This document shows, in pieces, positions 38,885 through 47,504 of a stretch of 64,000 nt of DNA. How positions within the stretch are numbered: position 1 is the stretch's first letter; every line of letters starts with the position of its first letter. The DNA is from Bacteroidota bacterium (GTDB lineage Bacteria; Bacteroidota; Bacteroidia; Chitinophagales; BACL12): positions 456,292 to 520,291 of the forward strand of contig JADKEK010000003.1 of the NCBI GenBank assembly GCA_016718035.1, in the 5' to 3' direction. The notes under the pieces are model-generated. The model did not search any database. It had not been told where the DNA came from and was given only the letters and a program-made list of their open reading frames with translations. Position numbers and translations under genes: made by a program.

Positions 38885-39624
38885 TGATATATTGAACAGG
38901 ATACGAAGTTATTTAGTACTTCGTCGTTTTCAATAAATAGATAGCTGCTTGAAAGTGGATAATAAATGGCCAATTGGTTTGGTTGTACATTTTCTTCAAT
39001 TAATTTATTAATTATTACCACTGCTCTATTAAATTTCAAATCACGATTTGAAGCTTCAACTCCCAATGGAGAACAATGACCGGTAACATATGCAAGTGTT
39101 CCATTTTGATTTTTTAGAAAATCTGCAATAAATTTTATGGGCACCAAATTATCTTGACCTTCAACTATCTCTGCTGTATTAAATTGAAAATAAATATATG
39201 GCAGAATTACATTGTCTGTTAAATGTTTTCTGCGATTCACAAGCGTGTTTAATAGTTTAATTGTATCGTAATTAATCGAAGCATGATTATTCAAACAAGG
39301 CTCCGCATCTTCAAAGTCCAACACTCCATCACCATCACTATCAACAGCCACGCCATTGGAATCAACAGGAGCAAGTGCAGGTGTATTTAATTGTAAGTCG
39401 AAAACATTATACACACCATCTGCATCATCGTCATTAAAATAGGTTTCGGGTTTAAATTGGGTGATTTCGCAACTGCTGCAATAGGGAGTATAGGCAGCTT
39501 CTTGTTTATGTTTTTTATGTTTAAATAACGACCGTTTTGTTTTAACGGTATCGTTCGGAATAGATTGTGCTGAGAGCAATAAAGCTGAAATGAGAAAATA
39601 ACACAGCAGGCTGAACTGTTTCAT
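38878..39624 (-). CDS. OmpA-family protein with thrombospondin type 3-like Ca-binding repeats
   Basis: Signal peptide, DSDGDGVLDFEDAEP repeat, and an OmpA-like C-terminal region (LPYIYFQFNTAEI...VTGHCSPLG...NRDLKFNRA). The 3' end overlaps the convergent gene by 7 nt. Confidence 0.6.
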   Translation of the reverse strand: MKQFSLLCYFLISALLLSAQSIPNDTVKTKRSLFKHKKHKQEAAYTPYCSSCEITQFKPETYFNDDDADGVYNVFDLQLNTPALAPVDSNGVAVDSDGDGVLDFEDAEPCLNNHASINYDTIKLLNTLVNRRKHLTDNVILPYIYFQFNTAEIVEGQDNLVPIKFIADFLKNQNGTLAYVTGHCSPLGVEASNRDLKFNRAVVIINKLIEENVQPNQLAIYYPLSSSYLFIENDEVLNNFVSCSIYHH

Positions 39625-39670
39625 GCTTTACGAATATACTGTGAAATAAACATTTGGGAAACTAAAGTAC

Positions 39671-39702
39671 ATAAAAAAAGGGGTGGATTGCTCCACCCCT
39701 TT
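39671..39702 (-). terminator. Rho-independent terminator of the major OmpA-family gene
   Basis: Stem AAAGGGGTGGA / TCCACCCCTTT (39677-39702) followed on the minus strand by a T-run. Confidence 0.85.
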
Positions 39703-39726
39703 GGCTGTCATGATTATATGTATATA

Positions 39727-41337
39727 TCAGTTCTTAATTATATGGAATTCAACACGACGGTTCATTTGGTGTTCCGCTTCTGTGTTAGCGTCTTTAATCA
39801 TTACATCAGATTCACCTTTGTAAACGATTTTTAAACGACTTTCTGCTACACCTTTACCTGTTAAGTAAGTGATTGCTGTTCTAGCACGGTTTTCAGATAA
39901 CTTCATGTTATAATCTTCACCAGCGCGAGTATCAGTGTGACCAACTACTTCAACATTTAATTTAGTGTAACGGTTCATGATTTCAGCAACTTGGTTTAAA
40001 GAAGGTACTGCATCAGGACGGATTTCAGATTTGTTAAGATCGAAGAAGATATAAGGTAAAATCCAATCGCTAGCTGCACCTGGAGTACCACCTTGAGTTT
40101 TAATTCTTTCGTCAACATATTTTTCAACCCAATCTTGAGTTAAGTGAACGTTCTGACAGTTTTCCATAGGTAATACAGGAGAAGAGAATGGTTCTGGATC
40201 TTCTGAATCCGGGCAACCGTCTTTATCGCTATCTAAACTAACACCGTGAGTATCAACCGGAGTTCCTTCAGCTGTGTTAGGTTCTTTATCTAAACGATCG
40301 ATAACACCATCATTATCAGAGTCTTTTAATAAGTTGTCAGGATCGATTTCGTTAACTTTATCATACAAGTAAGTAAGTGGGTTAACCATCCAAAGTGGGT
40401 CAACAGATTCGTCGCCACCTAAGCTGATACCTACGTTTAAGCTTGTATATTGGAACATGTCATAGTGGTCAGTATAGTCACCATCTAATTCCCAACGTTG
40501 TCCGTCTGCTAAGTCATCAAAATAGTGAGTAGCTCTGGTTTCTAAACCAATTTCAAGTGAACTACCAATTTTGTAAGAAAGACCTAAACCACCAGATAAT
40601 GAAGGGTTACGTACCCAAGTTGCACGAACGTCACCTGCGTCACGTGATGCAGGGTTCGCAACCTCAGCTTGAGTTTCGTATTCGCCATCTAATACACCGT
40701 GGATAGCGTCGATACGTTCTTTTTCAGATGTGTTCTGAGAACCGAAACCACTAAGAATAGTTTGGAAATCGTAAGGATTTCCGCTTGCATCTAACGCATC
40801 ATAAGATGTGTTGAAGATGAAACCACCAATACCTGCGAAAGCATACACTAAAAATTTAGGATCAGCTTTGTGGAAATTGATGTTATTAAGATTAACCAAT
40901 AAGTCTAATGACCCGTGGCCAATTTGAGTTTTGTAGTTAGGAACCCAAACGTTACCAGTATAGTCAGCTCCTTCAGAGTAGTTCTCTGTTGGGCTGTTTG
41001 AAAAGGCACCGTTGAGTGTTTTGTTGTAAGCATATGAACTTTGGATGAAATCCTGTCCATAAGCGTTTGCATACATACCGTGTAAACGGAGAGATGTAAC
41101 ATACCCTAATCCTTTACGGATGTTAAGACCAACGCCAAATGCTGGGCCGTGTGTGCTGCTAAAAGGTTCAGATCTTAAATCACCCTGGATTGCAGGAAGA
41201 CCTAAGTTTAAACCAATTTGCCATTTGTTGGCTGGTTTTGGAGGGAATGATGATCCACCACTAGCTGTTTGAGCCTGTGTGAAGGTAATAATGCTGAAAA
41301 GCATCAATACCGCTAACGTGAGTTTTCTACTAATCAT
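39727..41337 (-). CDS. OmpA-family outer membrane protein (beta-barrel + TSP3 repeats + OmpA_C)
   Basis: Signal peptide, Gly/aromatic-rich barrel region, DSDNDGVIDRLDKEP and DSDKDGCPDSEDPEP repeats, and VVGHTDTRAGEDYNMKLSENRA...NRRVEFHI. Confidence 0.88.
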   Translation of the reverse strand: MISRKLTLAVLMLFSIITFTQAQTASGGSSFPPKPANKWQIGLNLGLPAIQGDLRSEPFSSTHGPAFGVGLNIRKGLGYVTSLRLHGMYANAYGQDFIQSSYAYNKTLNGAFSNSPTENYSEGADYTGNVWVPNYKTQIGHGSLDLLVNLNNINFHKADPKFLVYAFAGIGGFIFNTSYDALDASGNPYDFQTILSGFGSQNTSEKERIDAIHGVLDGEYETQAEVANPASRDAGDVRATWVRNPSLSGGLGLSYKIGSSLEIGLETRATHYFDDLADGQRWELDGDYTDHYDMFQYTSLNVGISLGGDESVDPLWMVNPLTYLYDKVNEIDPDNLLKDSDNDGVIDRLDKEPNTAEGTPVDTHGVSLDSDKDGCPDSEDPEPFSSPVLPMENCQNVHLTQDWVEKYVDERIKTQGGTPGAASDWILPYIFFDLNKSEIRPDAVPSLNQVAEIMNRYTKLNVEVVGHTDTRAGEDYNMKLSENRARTAITYLTGKGVAESRLKIVYKGESDVMIKDANTEAEHQMNRRVEFHIIKN

Positions 41338-41407
41338 GACGTATAAATTATAGTTTAAATATAATCGGTTATATAAAAGATTGTTTATGAATATCTCTTT
41401 TATGCCG

Positions 41408-41415
41408 CAAAGCTA
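41408..41415 (-). promoter_or_regulatory. Bacteroidota -7 box (TAGCTTTG on the minus strand) for the OmpA-family gene
   Basis: Plus strand reads CAAAGCTA, about 70 nt upstream of the ATG at 41337. Confidence 0.45.
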
Positions 41416-41686
41416 TAACCCTTAGTCCGCTTATGCAAGTGATTTAGCCTCAAATCGTGGAATTTTTCCACAAATTCACGGTAATCAGTTAATAGCGTAG
41501 GTTCCAACACCTTGTTATTTTTTTGTGTTAAAACGGTTACAAGCCTTATGGCACTAACATTTAACTATTAGTTAGAGCAAAGCTATACACTTAACTCTAA
41601 AAACCAAAAAAAAATGAATTTTTTTTTACGATTGATTCAACCAAATTAAAATTACGCGCATCGAATGCCTTTTATAAGGGTAAAAA

Positions 41687-43549
41687 CTACCGGAGTAGCG
41701 TCAGGGTACCGGTTTTGGTAATAGGTGTATTCATAGTAGTTACCGATTCTATCACATACATATAGGTCCCAATTTCCTGTAAAACACCATTTAAAGTTCC
41801 ATTCCAACCTTCATTTATATCATCAGAAGTAAAAACAAGGTCTCCCCACCTATTATAGATGGCAATATAATAGGATATAAGCATCTCTGTCTGGATATTA
41901 AACTCATCATTCAGACCATCATCATTTGGTGTAAACGCATTTGGCACATTAAAATCAATATCTACCCAAACAGTCACGGAATCTATAGCTAAACACCCGT
42001 TTTCATCGGTTATCACCACATAATAAGTTGTATTAAAGGTAGGTGCTGCTATCGGTTGCAGGCAATCGGTGCAACTAAGTCCTTCAGCGGGTGTCCATAA
42101 TATATTAACTATTGGGCTAACAGAGGTTGTAGCACTTAATGGTGTTGAGCTGCCATATTCAATAACAGTGTTAGGCCCTGCTTCAACAAGTGTTGGTTCG
42201 GGCTGACTAATTTCAACACCCTCAAAGGTGGTGGTACAGCCGTAAGCATCTTTAACAATAAATGTATAAATGCCGGCTTCCATGGTCAAAAAGTTACTGT
42301 CGGTTTGAAAGTTTACACCATCAAACGAAAAAAGATATGGGGTTACTCCTCCATCTGCATTCAGTATAACTGAGCCTTCATCACCACCGAAACATATTAC
42401 ATCAGATGTTGAAATGGTGTCTAGCAATAATTCTGCTGGTTCGGTAATTACTATTTCCTGAAAATAGGCACATCCATCTTCTTCCTGAATAGTAATGGTA
42501 TAGGTACCTGGCCCCAGGTTAAATATACTATCTGTATCAGAGCCATCCGACCATTCATATGTAACCGGATTGGCGTTTCCAGTTACGTCCACATCTATCC
42601 ATGCATTGGTGTTTCCAAAACAGGCTATATTTTGAATATCTACATTAACCTCATATGGTGTTGCTACTGTGACAATTACTTCATCTGTATAGGTAGTGCC
42701 ATCGCACAACAAAACTTCTGCTGTATAACTAGTTGTAACTAAAGGTGCAACTTCGATACTATCGCCAGTTCCAACAAAGGTGCCTGAAGCCGTTTCGTAC
42801 CATGTAATGGCACTTGGCAACCAAGCATAACTTTCGTTAGTAGCCGACCAATTGGTAGCGTTTCTGCCAGCTATTGTAAATGCTTCAGTACCGTCTTCAT
42901 TTATTATTCCCTGGGTGCCAATTCCTAAATCCCAACCGGGACAAACCTCCACATCCGTTAAATGATTTTCAATCTTATTGGTGGTTTCATGCAATACAAT
43001 CTGAAATACACCTTCAAAAGTGGTACATGAAAACAAGGGAATATTGGTGTAACTAATAATTAGTCTCCGGTTTGGCGCCACACCTACCAATTCATGGTGT
43101 ATACAATTAGTACAACTACCCGAGTCCCAGTCTGTCCACATCGCAAAAATTGCCGCTTTCGGCACATCACTGGAGGCATCGGGAATAGGTCCGTTTGGGG
43201 TCCAGTTCAAGTCCATAGCAAAACTTGGAAGCTTAAAACTTATCCAACCATTGGAAGCGATATAAAATTTATCATACACCTCACCAAAAAAACAAAAGTC
43301 AAATCCAATAGAAATTGGTCCGGCATGCGTATCGTCGGTCATGTTGTGTACCGTGCCGCCAACCGGTTCTGGGGCGAAAGAAATGGATGAATATTCGTAA
43401 GTTAATGTGCCATAACTGCCATCAACATCAGCATGTAACCATACAGGTTGTGAACTGCAAATAGTTGTATCAGGATAAGCGACTATACCCTGTCCTTTTA
43501 CTTGAATGAGAGCAATAATTAATAATGATATTAAGAGAAATTTACGCAT
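41687..43549 (-). CDS. Gliding-motility-associated C-terminal domain (T9SS type B CTD) surface protein
   Basis: Signal peptide, SprB/Ig-like repeats (NIACFGNTNAWIDV..., VICFGGDEGSV...), and C-terminus NAFTPNDDGLNDEF...YNRWGDLVF. Confidence 0.8.
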   Translation of the reverse strand: MRKFLLISLLIIALIQVKGQGIVAYPDTTICSSQPVWLHADVDGSYGTLTYEYSSISFAPEPVGGTVHNMTDDTHAGPISIGFDFCFFGEVYDKFYIASNGWISFKLPSFAMDLNWTPNGPIPDASSDVPKAAIFAMWTDWDSGSCTNCIHHELVGVAPNRRLIISYTNIPLFSCTTFEGVFQIVLHETTNKIENHLTDVEVCPGWDLGIGTQGIINEDGTEAFTIAGRNATNWSATNESYAWLPSAITWYETASGTFVGTGDSIEVAPLVTTSYTAEVLLCDGTTYTDEVIVTVATPYEVNVDIQNIACFGNTNAWIDVDVTGNANPVTYEWSDGSDTDSIFNLGPGTYTITIQEEDGCAYFQEIVITEPAELLLDTISTSDVICFGGDEGSVILNADGGVTPYLFSFDGVNFQTDSNFLTMEAGIYTFIVKDAYGCTTTFEGVEISQPEPTLVEAGPNTVIEYGSSTPLSATTSVSPIVNILWTPAEGLSCTDCLQPIAAPTFNTTYYVVITDENGCLAIDSVTVWVDIDFNVPNAFTPNDDGLNDEFNIQTEMLISYYIAIYNRWGDLVFTSDDINEGWNGTLNGVLQEIGTYMYVIESVTTMNTPITKTGTLTLLR

Positions 43550-43578
43550 GATACATTTTCGACTAGCGATTCATACGT

Positions 43579-43586
43579 CAAATATA
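43579..43586 (-). promoter_or_regulatory. Bacteroidota -7 box (TATATTTG on the minus strand)
   Basis: Plus strand reads CAAATATA, in the 38-nt gap between the DUF2461 stop and the ATG at 43549. Confidence 0.4.
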
Positions 43587-43587
43587 C

Positions 43588-44256
43588 TTATTCTATTGCA
43601 CTATTGATGAATTTTACCAATGGGTAGGCAGTTTTTAAACAATTGATAAGCGTTTTACTAAATGCCGGATCCTGCACTTCAACATCTGTAAAGTAACGGG
43701 TAACCACAAAACTTTTATGCTTTAAATATGGTAATGCCTGATTGTCAGCAGTATAACCTTTTGGGACTGTTTTTAAGACTTCTATCTCATCAAGTCCATC
43801 AAAATGTTTTTTAAACGCTGCTGAGGTAAGTATTTTATGAAATTCTTTATAATTATAATCTATTTCTTGTCTGATTTTCGCTAAATTTTCAGGAATTGGC
43901 ATATAAGAGCCAATGCCGGCAAAACTTTTATTTCCTGGTTGTATTTGGAAGTAATAACCTGCTGTTTGCATATTTTTAGCTCCGGCACTTAAAGTGGCAC
44001 CTAGGTTTGACTTGTAGGGACTTTTATCTTTAGAAAACCGCACATCGCGATTAATTCTGAATACTGTTTTTTTGGCCTCTAATCCGGTGATAGTGTTATC
44101 AAAGGCACTTACACCTTTAATGATATCTGCAATAAAGTTAATAAAGTCAGCTTTTGCTGCATCATAATCATTCCTGTGGGCATCAAACCATAGTTTATTG
44201 TTATTAGCCGCAAGTTGTTTTAAAAATTGTAACGATTTTTTTGGGATTTGAGACAT
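43588..44256 (-). CDS. DUF2461 (TIGR02453) family protein
   Basis: FLKQLAANNNKLWFDAHRNDYD...FRINRDVRFSKDKSPYK matches my recollection of the family signature. Confidence 0.7.
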   Translation of the reverse strand: MSQIPKKSLQFLKQLAANNNKLWFDAHRNDYDAAKADFINFIADIIKGVSAFDNTITGLEAKKTVFRINRDVRFSKDKSPYKSNLGATLSAGAKNMQTAGYYFQIQPGNKSFAGIGSYMPIPENLAKIRQEIDYNYKEFHKILTSAAFKKHFDGLDEIEVLKTVPKGYTADNQALPYLKHKSFVVTRYFTDVEVQDPAFSKTLINCLKTAYPLVKFINSAIE

Positions 44257-45082
44257 GATTCCTTAAATTTTAAAATTGAAAATTAACCTTGCTGATTCAA
44301 CTTCGTTTTGTAAAACCAAAATTAGATATATGCAACAACATCTCACAATTATGCTGGCAACATTTGTCGGAATATACCGTAGCCGGAAATTTTAATTCTA
44401 CTATATAGCACAAGATTTGATTAATGGATATGGAACCAATTGAATTGGCAATTGTACTGTGTTAAGCTATACATTTATTTACACTACAGCATTTAGACTG
44501 CACATAGCGTATTTGTTTTACTGATATTGATTTATTCAAAATTCCATTTGGCAAAACCAACAAGCATCCTTTGCAAAAACACAGGTGAACTAAGTCTACA
44601 ATTGTAAAATCATCAAGAATAGAATTTCCATGAAAATGTGCTGATAGAAACTACCGGAGGTGGAAAAAACACCTATTATCACCCCATTTACCCCCCTATT
44701 GCCAAATGGATGGGCACAAAATAACATTAGCTATAACCAGGTTAAACGTTTTAAGGTTGGTAGAAATTAAATATTATCAGCTGTTACTTCCACAACTTTG
44801 AAATCAGAAAAAAGTTGTATCGAAAATAAACTATATACATAAAGTATTGATTATAAACTAGTTATGATTAATTTTTTAAAGTTAGGCTATCCAAAATCGG
44901 AAGTTGGCCATCGTGGATTTTGAAAAATAATTACCCCATATGGAATATTTTAACACTTTTTGAAGCAAACTATAAATTGGGTTTCGCTGAAATTATTGCC
45001 GAAATGCAACAAATTAAGTATTTTTATTGGCTAATTGAACCACTTGTCATTCAATTAAACACACATAAAGTCGGACCTTTTT

Positions 45083-47368
45083 ATGAAAAAGCAGTATTTA
45101 TTTATTGTTTACTTGTTCTTTTTTTGCTGTCAGCAAAATTTAAAAGCACAGCAAACAACAATGCCCCTTGTGCCAAAAGTTTATAATTATTCTACTTTTA
45201 GCAAAAGCCAGGTTTTGATAAATGGTGAACTTGAAAAAAATTCAAATTCATATAGTAAAAAGCATCCTGAATATGGCATCTTACCTTTTAATGCTGGTTG
45301 TGACGACTGTAGTGAAATAATTGACCAGCGAACCATAAATACGAGATATTATGTTGGTAACGACCCAAAAGAAAGGGCAGTATACGCACAAACATCATTA
45401 AATGATTTACATTATAAAAATGAGCAAGGTGATTGGATTACAATAGACTATAGATTACATCCAACAAAAAATGAAAATATTTATAGCGCAGATAATCAGG
45501 AGCAACCAACTTCAATAAATTTAAACGACTACTATACATTCATTCAATTAACAGCTTCAACTAAGTTGGTATTTAATGGTAAATGGGCATTAAGCGGAAG
45601 TAAAAAACCTGAAATAACAAAATTAATGCACCCGACAAGCCACAGCGTTGGTGAAGACGGAGCAGTTTTATTTAATGCATGGGATGGAATAGATATTCGC
45701 CACACATTTACAAAAGGTAGCATTAAAACTGATTTTGTAGTAAATAATTTAAGTGCAATTGACCCAACTAGTGCATATAGTATTTTCAAAGAAACCATTC
45801 AATTACCTGATGGCTTTTCGATTATTAGAGATATTTACGAAGGCGAAGAATCTATTAATGGAAGGTGGGTTGGAGATTTAATATTAGTTGACGCATTTGG
45901 TAATGAATACGCCCGATTTGACCATGTATTTACTTATATGGAAAATCCGGTTGATGAAGAAATGGCTGCGTTAACTTTAGTTGGTGAATATGCCATTGAA
46001 CAAGTTGGTAACCTTGTTACATTATCGCTTTACATTGATAATAACTGGTTAACTGATCCGGCACGTACATTTCCAATTGTTATTGACCCAACAGTAAGTG
46101 GAACACTTGCTACAATAGCCGGAACACCGCTTGGATCACGCTACTGGCCTGCGTATTGTGTTCATACTATGATGGTTTCAACTCCAGCAAACGCTACCCT
46201 AACAACAGCCAATGTAGCATTAGATGTAGATGCCAAAATTGCTGGTTGCACGCCAAGTGGTAATTGCGCGAGAAATTTTACGCAAGTGTATATTTCTACC
46301 TCATGTGGCGTTGACCCAATTGGTGCACCTGGTATTATTTACACCTGTGTAGGAGGTGGAACCTGTTTACTTCCTGGTCATTTAGTTTTACCAACTACTA
46401 GTATGCCGCATTTAGTGGTAGATTGTTTTACACCAAGTTGCGCGTCATATACAATTCCATTCAATGTTCATTTACAAAGATTAGCCTGCTCAAATACGGA
46501 TCCTTTATGTGATGTACCTTGTGTACAATTAGACTTATTTGAAGTTACAATAAAGGGTAAAACAGTTGAAGCTACCGCAACAGCGGCAGGAGGAACATCT
46601 TATACCATTTTAGATTGTACTGATCAGTCGGACTGGCTTGCTCCAGATGAAGATGTTTATGGTGTACCGGCATATACTTATTCATGGTCACCAATAGGCG
46701 CTACTGATGATAGCATTTATGTAACATTTCCGTTAGGCACAACTTCATACACTTTAACTATTACTGATGCTTGTGGCAATATTGCAACTGATGTAGTTAC
46801 AGTAACCAATAATTGTATTTTACTACCGCTGCCGTTAACTGAATTTAGCGGATATCATCAAAATGATTTTAATTTATTGAATTGGTCAACACAATCTGAA
46901 ATTGGAACAAATTATATTATTGAACGCTCTGTTACGGGGAATGATTTTATACCTATCGGCACTATTGATTCAAAACCCAATGGCGGTTTTCAAACATATT
47001 CATTTTCAGATTTAAGTCCTGATAACCAAATAGTTTATTATCGTTTAAAACAAATTAATACTAAAAACGAAGTATTATTTTCAGAAATAATTGCAATTAA
47101 AACCGCATATAAACCAGGTAATGAAATAATCTCTACAATTTTTGACGCTGAAAATAATATGCTGCAATTGAGTATTAATTCGGAAAAAGAAATAACTGCT
47201 AAAATGCTTATTTATGATCTTGCGGGCAAAATTGTTTTTTCAAATTCAATTGCTTTAGGGACAGGTACTACGGTAGTTAAATCAACATTACCGGAGCTTG
47301 CAAAAGGCGCATATGTGGTACGTATTTTAGTTGAAGATGTGAATTTAGAATCCAAATTTGTTAATTAA
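45083..47368 (+). CDS. Hypothetical secreted protein with a Cys-rich central region and a T9SS type A CTD
   Basis: Signal peptide MKKQYLFIVYLFFFCCQQNLKAQ, an Ig-like repeat (YTYSWSPIG...TLTITDACGN), and C-terminal beta-sandwich sorting-domain features. Confidence 0.7.
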   Translation: MKKQYLFIVYLFFFCCQQNLKAQQTTMPLVPKVYNYSTFSKSQVLINGELEKNSNSYSKKHPEYGILPFNAGCDDCSEIIDQRTINTRYYVGNDPKERAVYAQTSLNDLHYKNEQGDWITIDYRLHPTKNENIYSADNQEQPTSINLNDYYTFIQLTASTKLVFNGKWALSGSKKPEITKLMHPTSHSVGEDGAVLFNAWDGIDIRHTFTKGSIKTDFVVNNLSAIDPTSAYSIFKETIQLPDGFSIIRDIYEGEESINGRWVGDLILVDAFGNEYARFDHVFTYMENPVDEEMAALTLVGEYAIEQVGNLVTLSLYIDNNWLTDPARTFPIVIDPTVSGTLATIAGTPLGSRYWPAYCVHTMMVSTPANATLTTANVALDVDAKIAGCTPSGNCARNFTQVYISTSCGVDPIGAPGIIYTCVGGGTCLLPGHLVLPTTSMPHLVVDCFTPSCASYTIPFNVHLQRLACSNTDPLCDVPCVQLDLFEVTIKGKTVEATATAAGGTSYTILDCTDQSDWLAPDEDVYGVPAYTYSWSPIGATDDSIYVTFPLGTTSYTLTITDACGNIATDVVTVTNNCILLPLPLTEFSGYHQNDFNLLNWSTQSEIGTNYIIERSVTGNDFIPIGTIDSKPNGGFQTYSFSDLSPDNQIVYYRLKQINTKNEVLFSEIIAIKTAYKPGNEIISTIFDAENNMLQLSINSEKEITAKMLIYDLAGKIVFSNSIALGTGTTVVKSTLPELAKGAYVVRILVEDVNLESKFVN

Positions 47369-47492
47369 AATTGAGCATAACCCACTCGGTTATGTCTAAA
47401 TAGTGGTTAAAAATTGCTTTGCAGGTATATCCTAACTATTCAGGACATTGCCTAATTTTTAAGAATTCCACCGCTTTTTCAAAGCATCTGCT

Positions 47493-47500
47493 TACCTTTG
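47493..47500 (+). promoter_or_regulatory. Bacteroidota -7 box TACCTTTG abutting the ABC-F start
   Basis: TACCTTTG-CGCC-ATG. It is part of a 20-mer identical to the one at glyQS. Confidence 0.55.
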
Positions 47501-47504
47501 CGCC

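Noticed and set aside
41606-41627. A9-TGAA-T9 symmetric A/T tract downstream of the gliding-CTD gene
   Set aside because: It could fold as an all-A:U hairpin or act as a weak bidirectional terminator or slippage site. However, an A/T-only stem is thermodynamically weak, and such tracts are common in AT-rich intergenic DNA. There is no further evidence.
44920-45186. 88-aa track ORF upstream of and overlapping the T9SS cargo gene
   Set aside because: It overlaps the well-supported signal-peptide start at 45083 in another frame. Its sequence is non-descript and probably arises by chance in AT-rich DNA.
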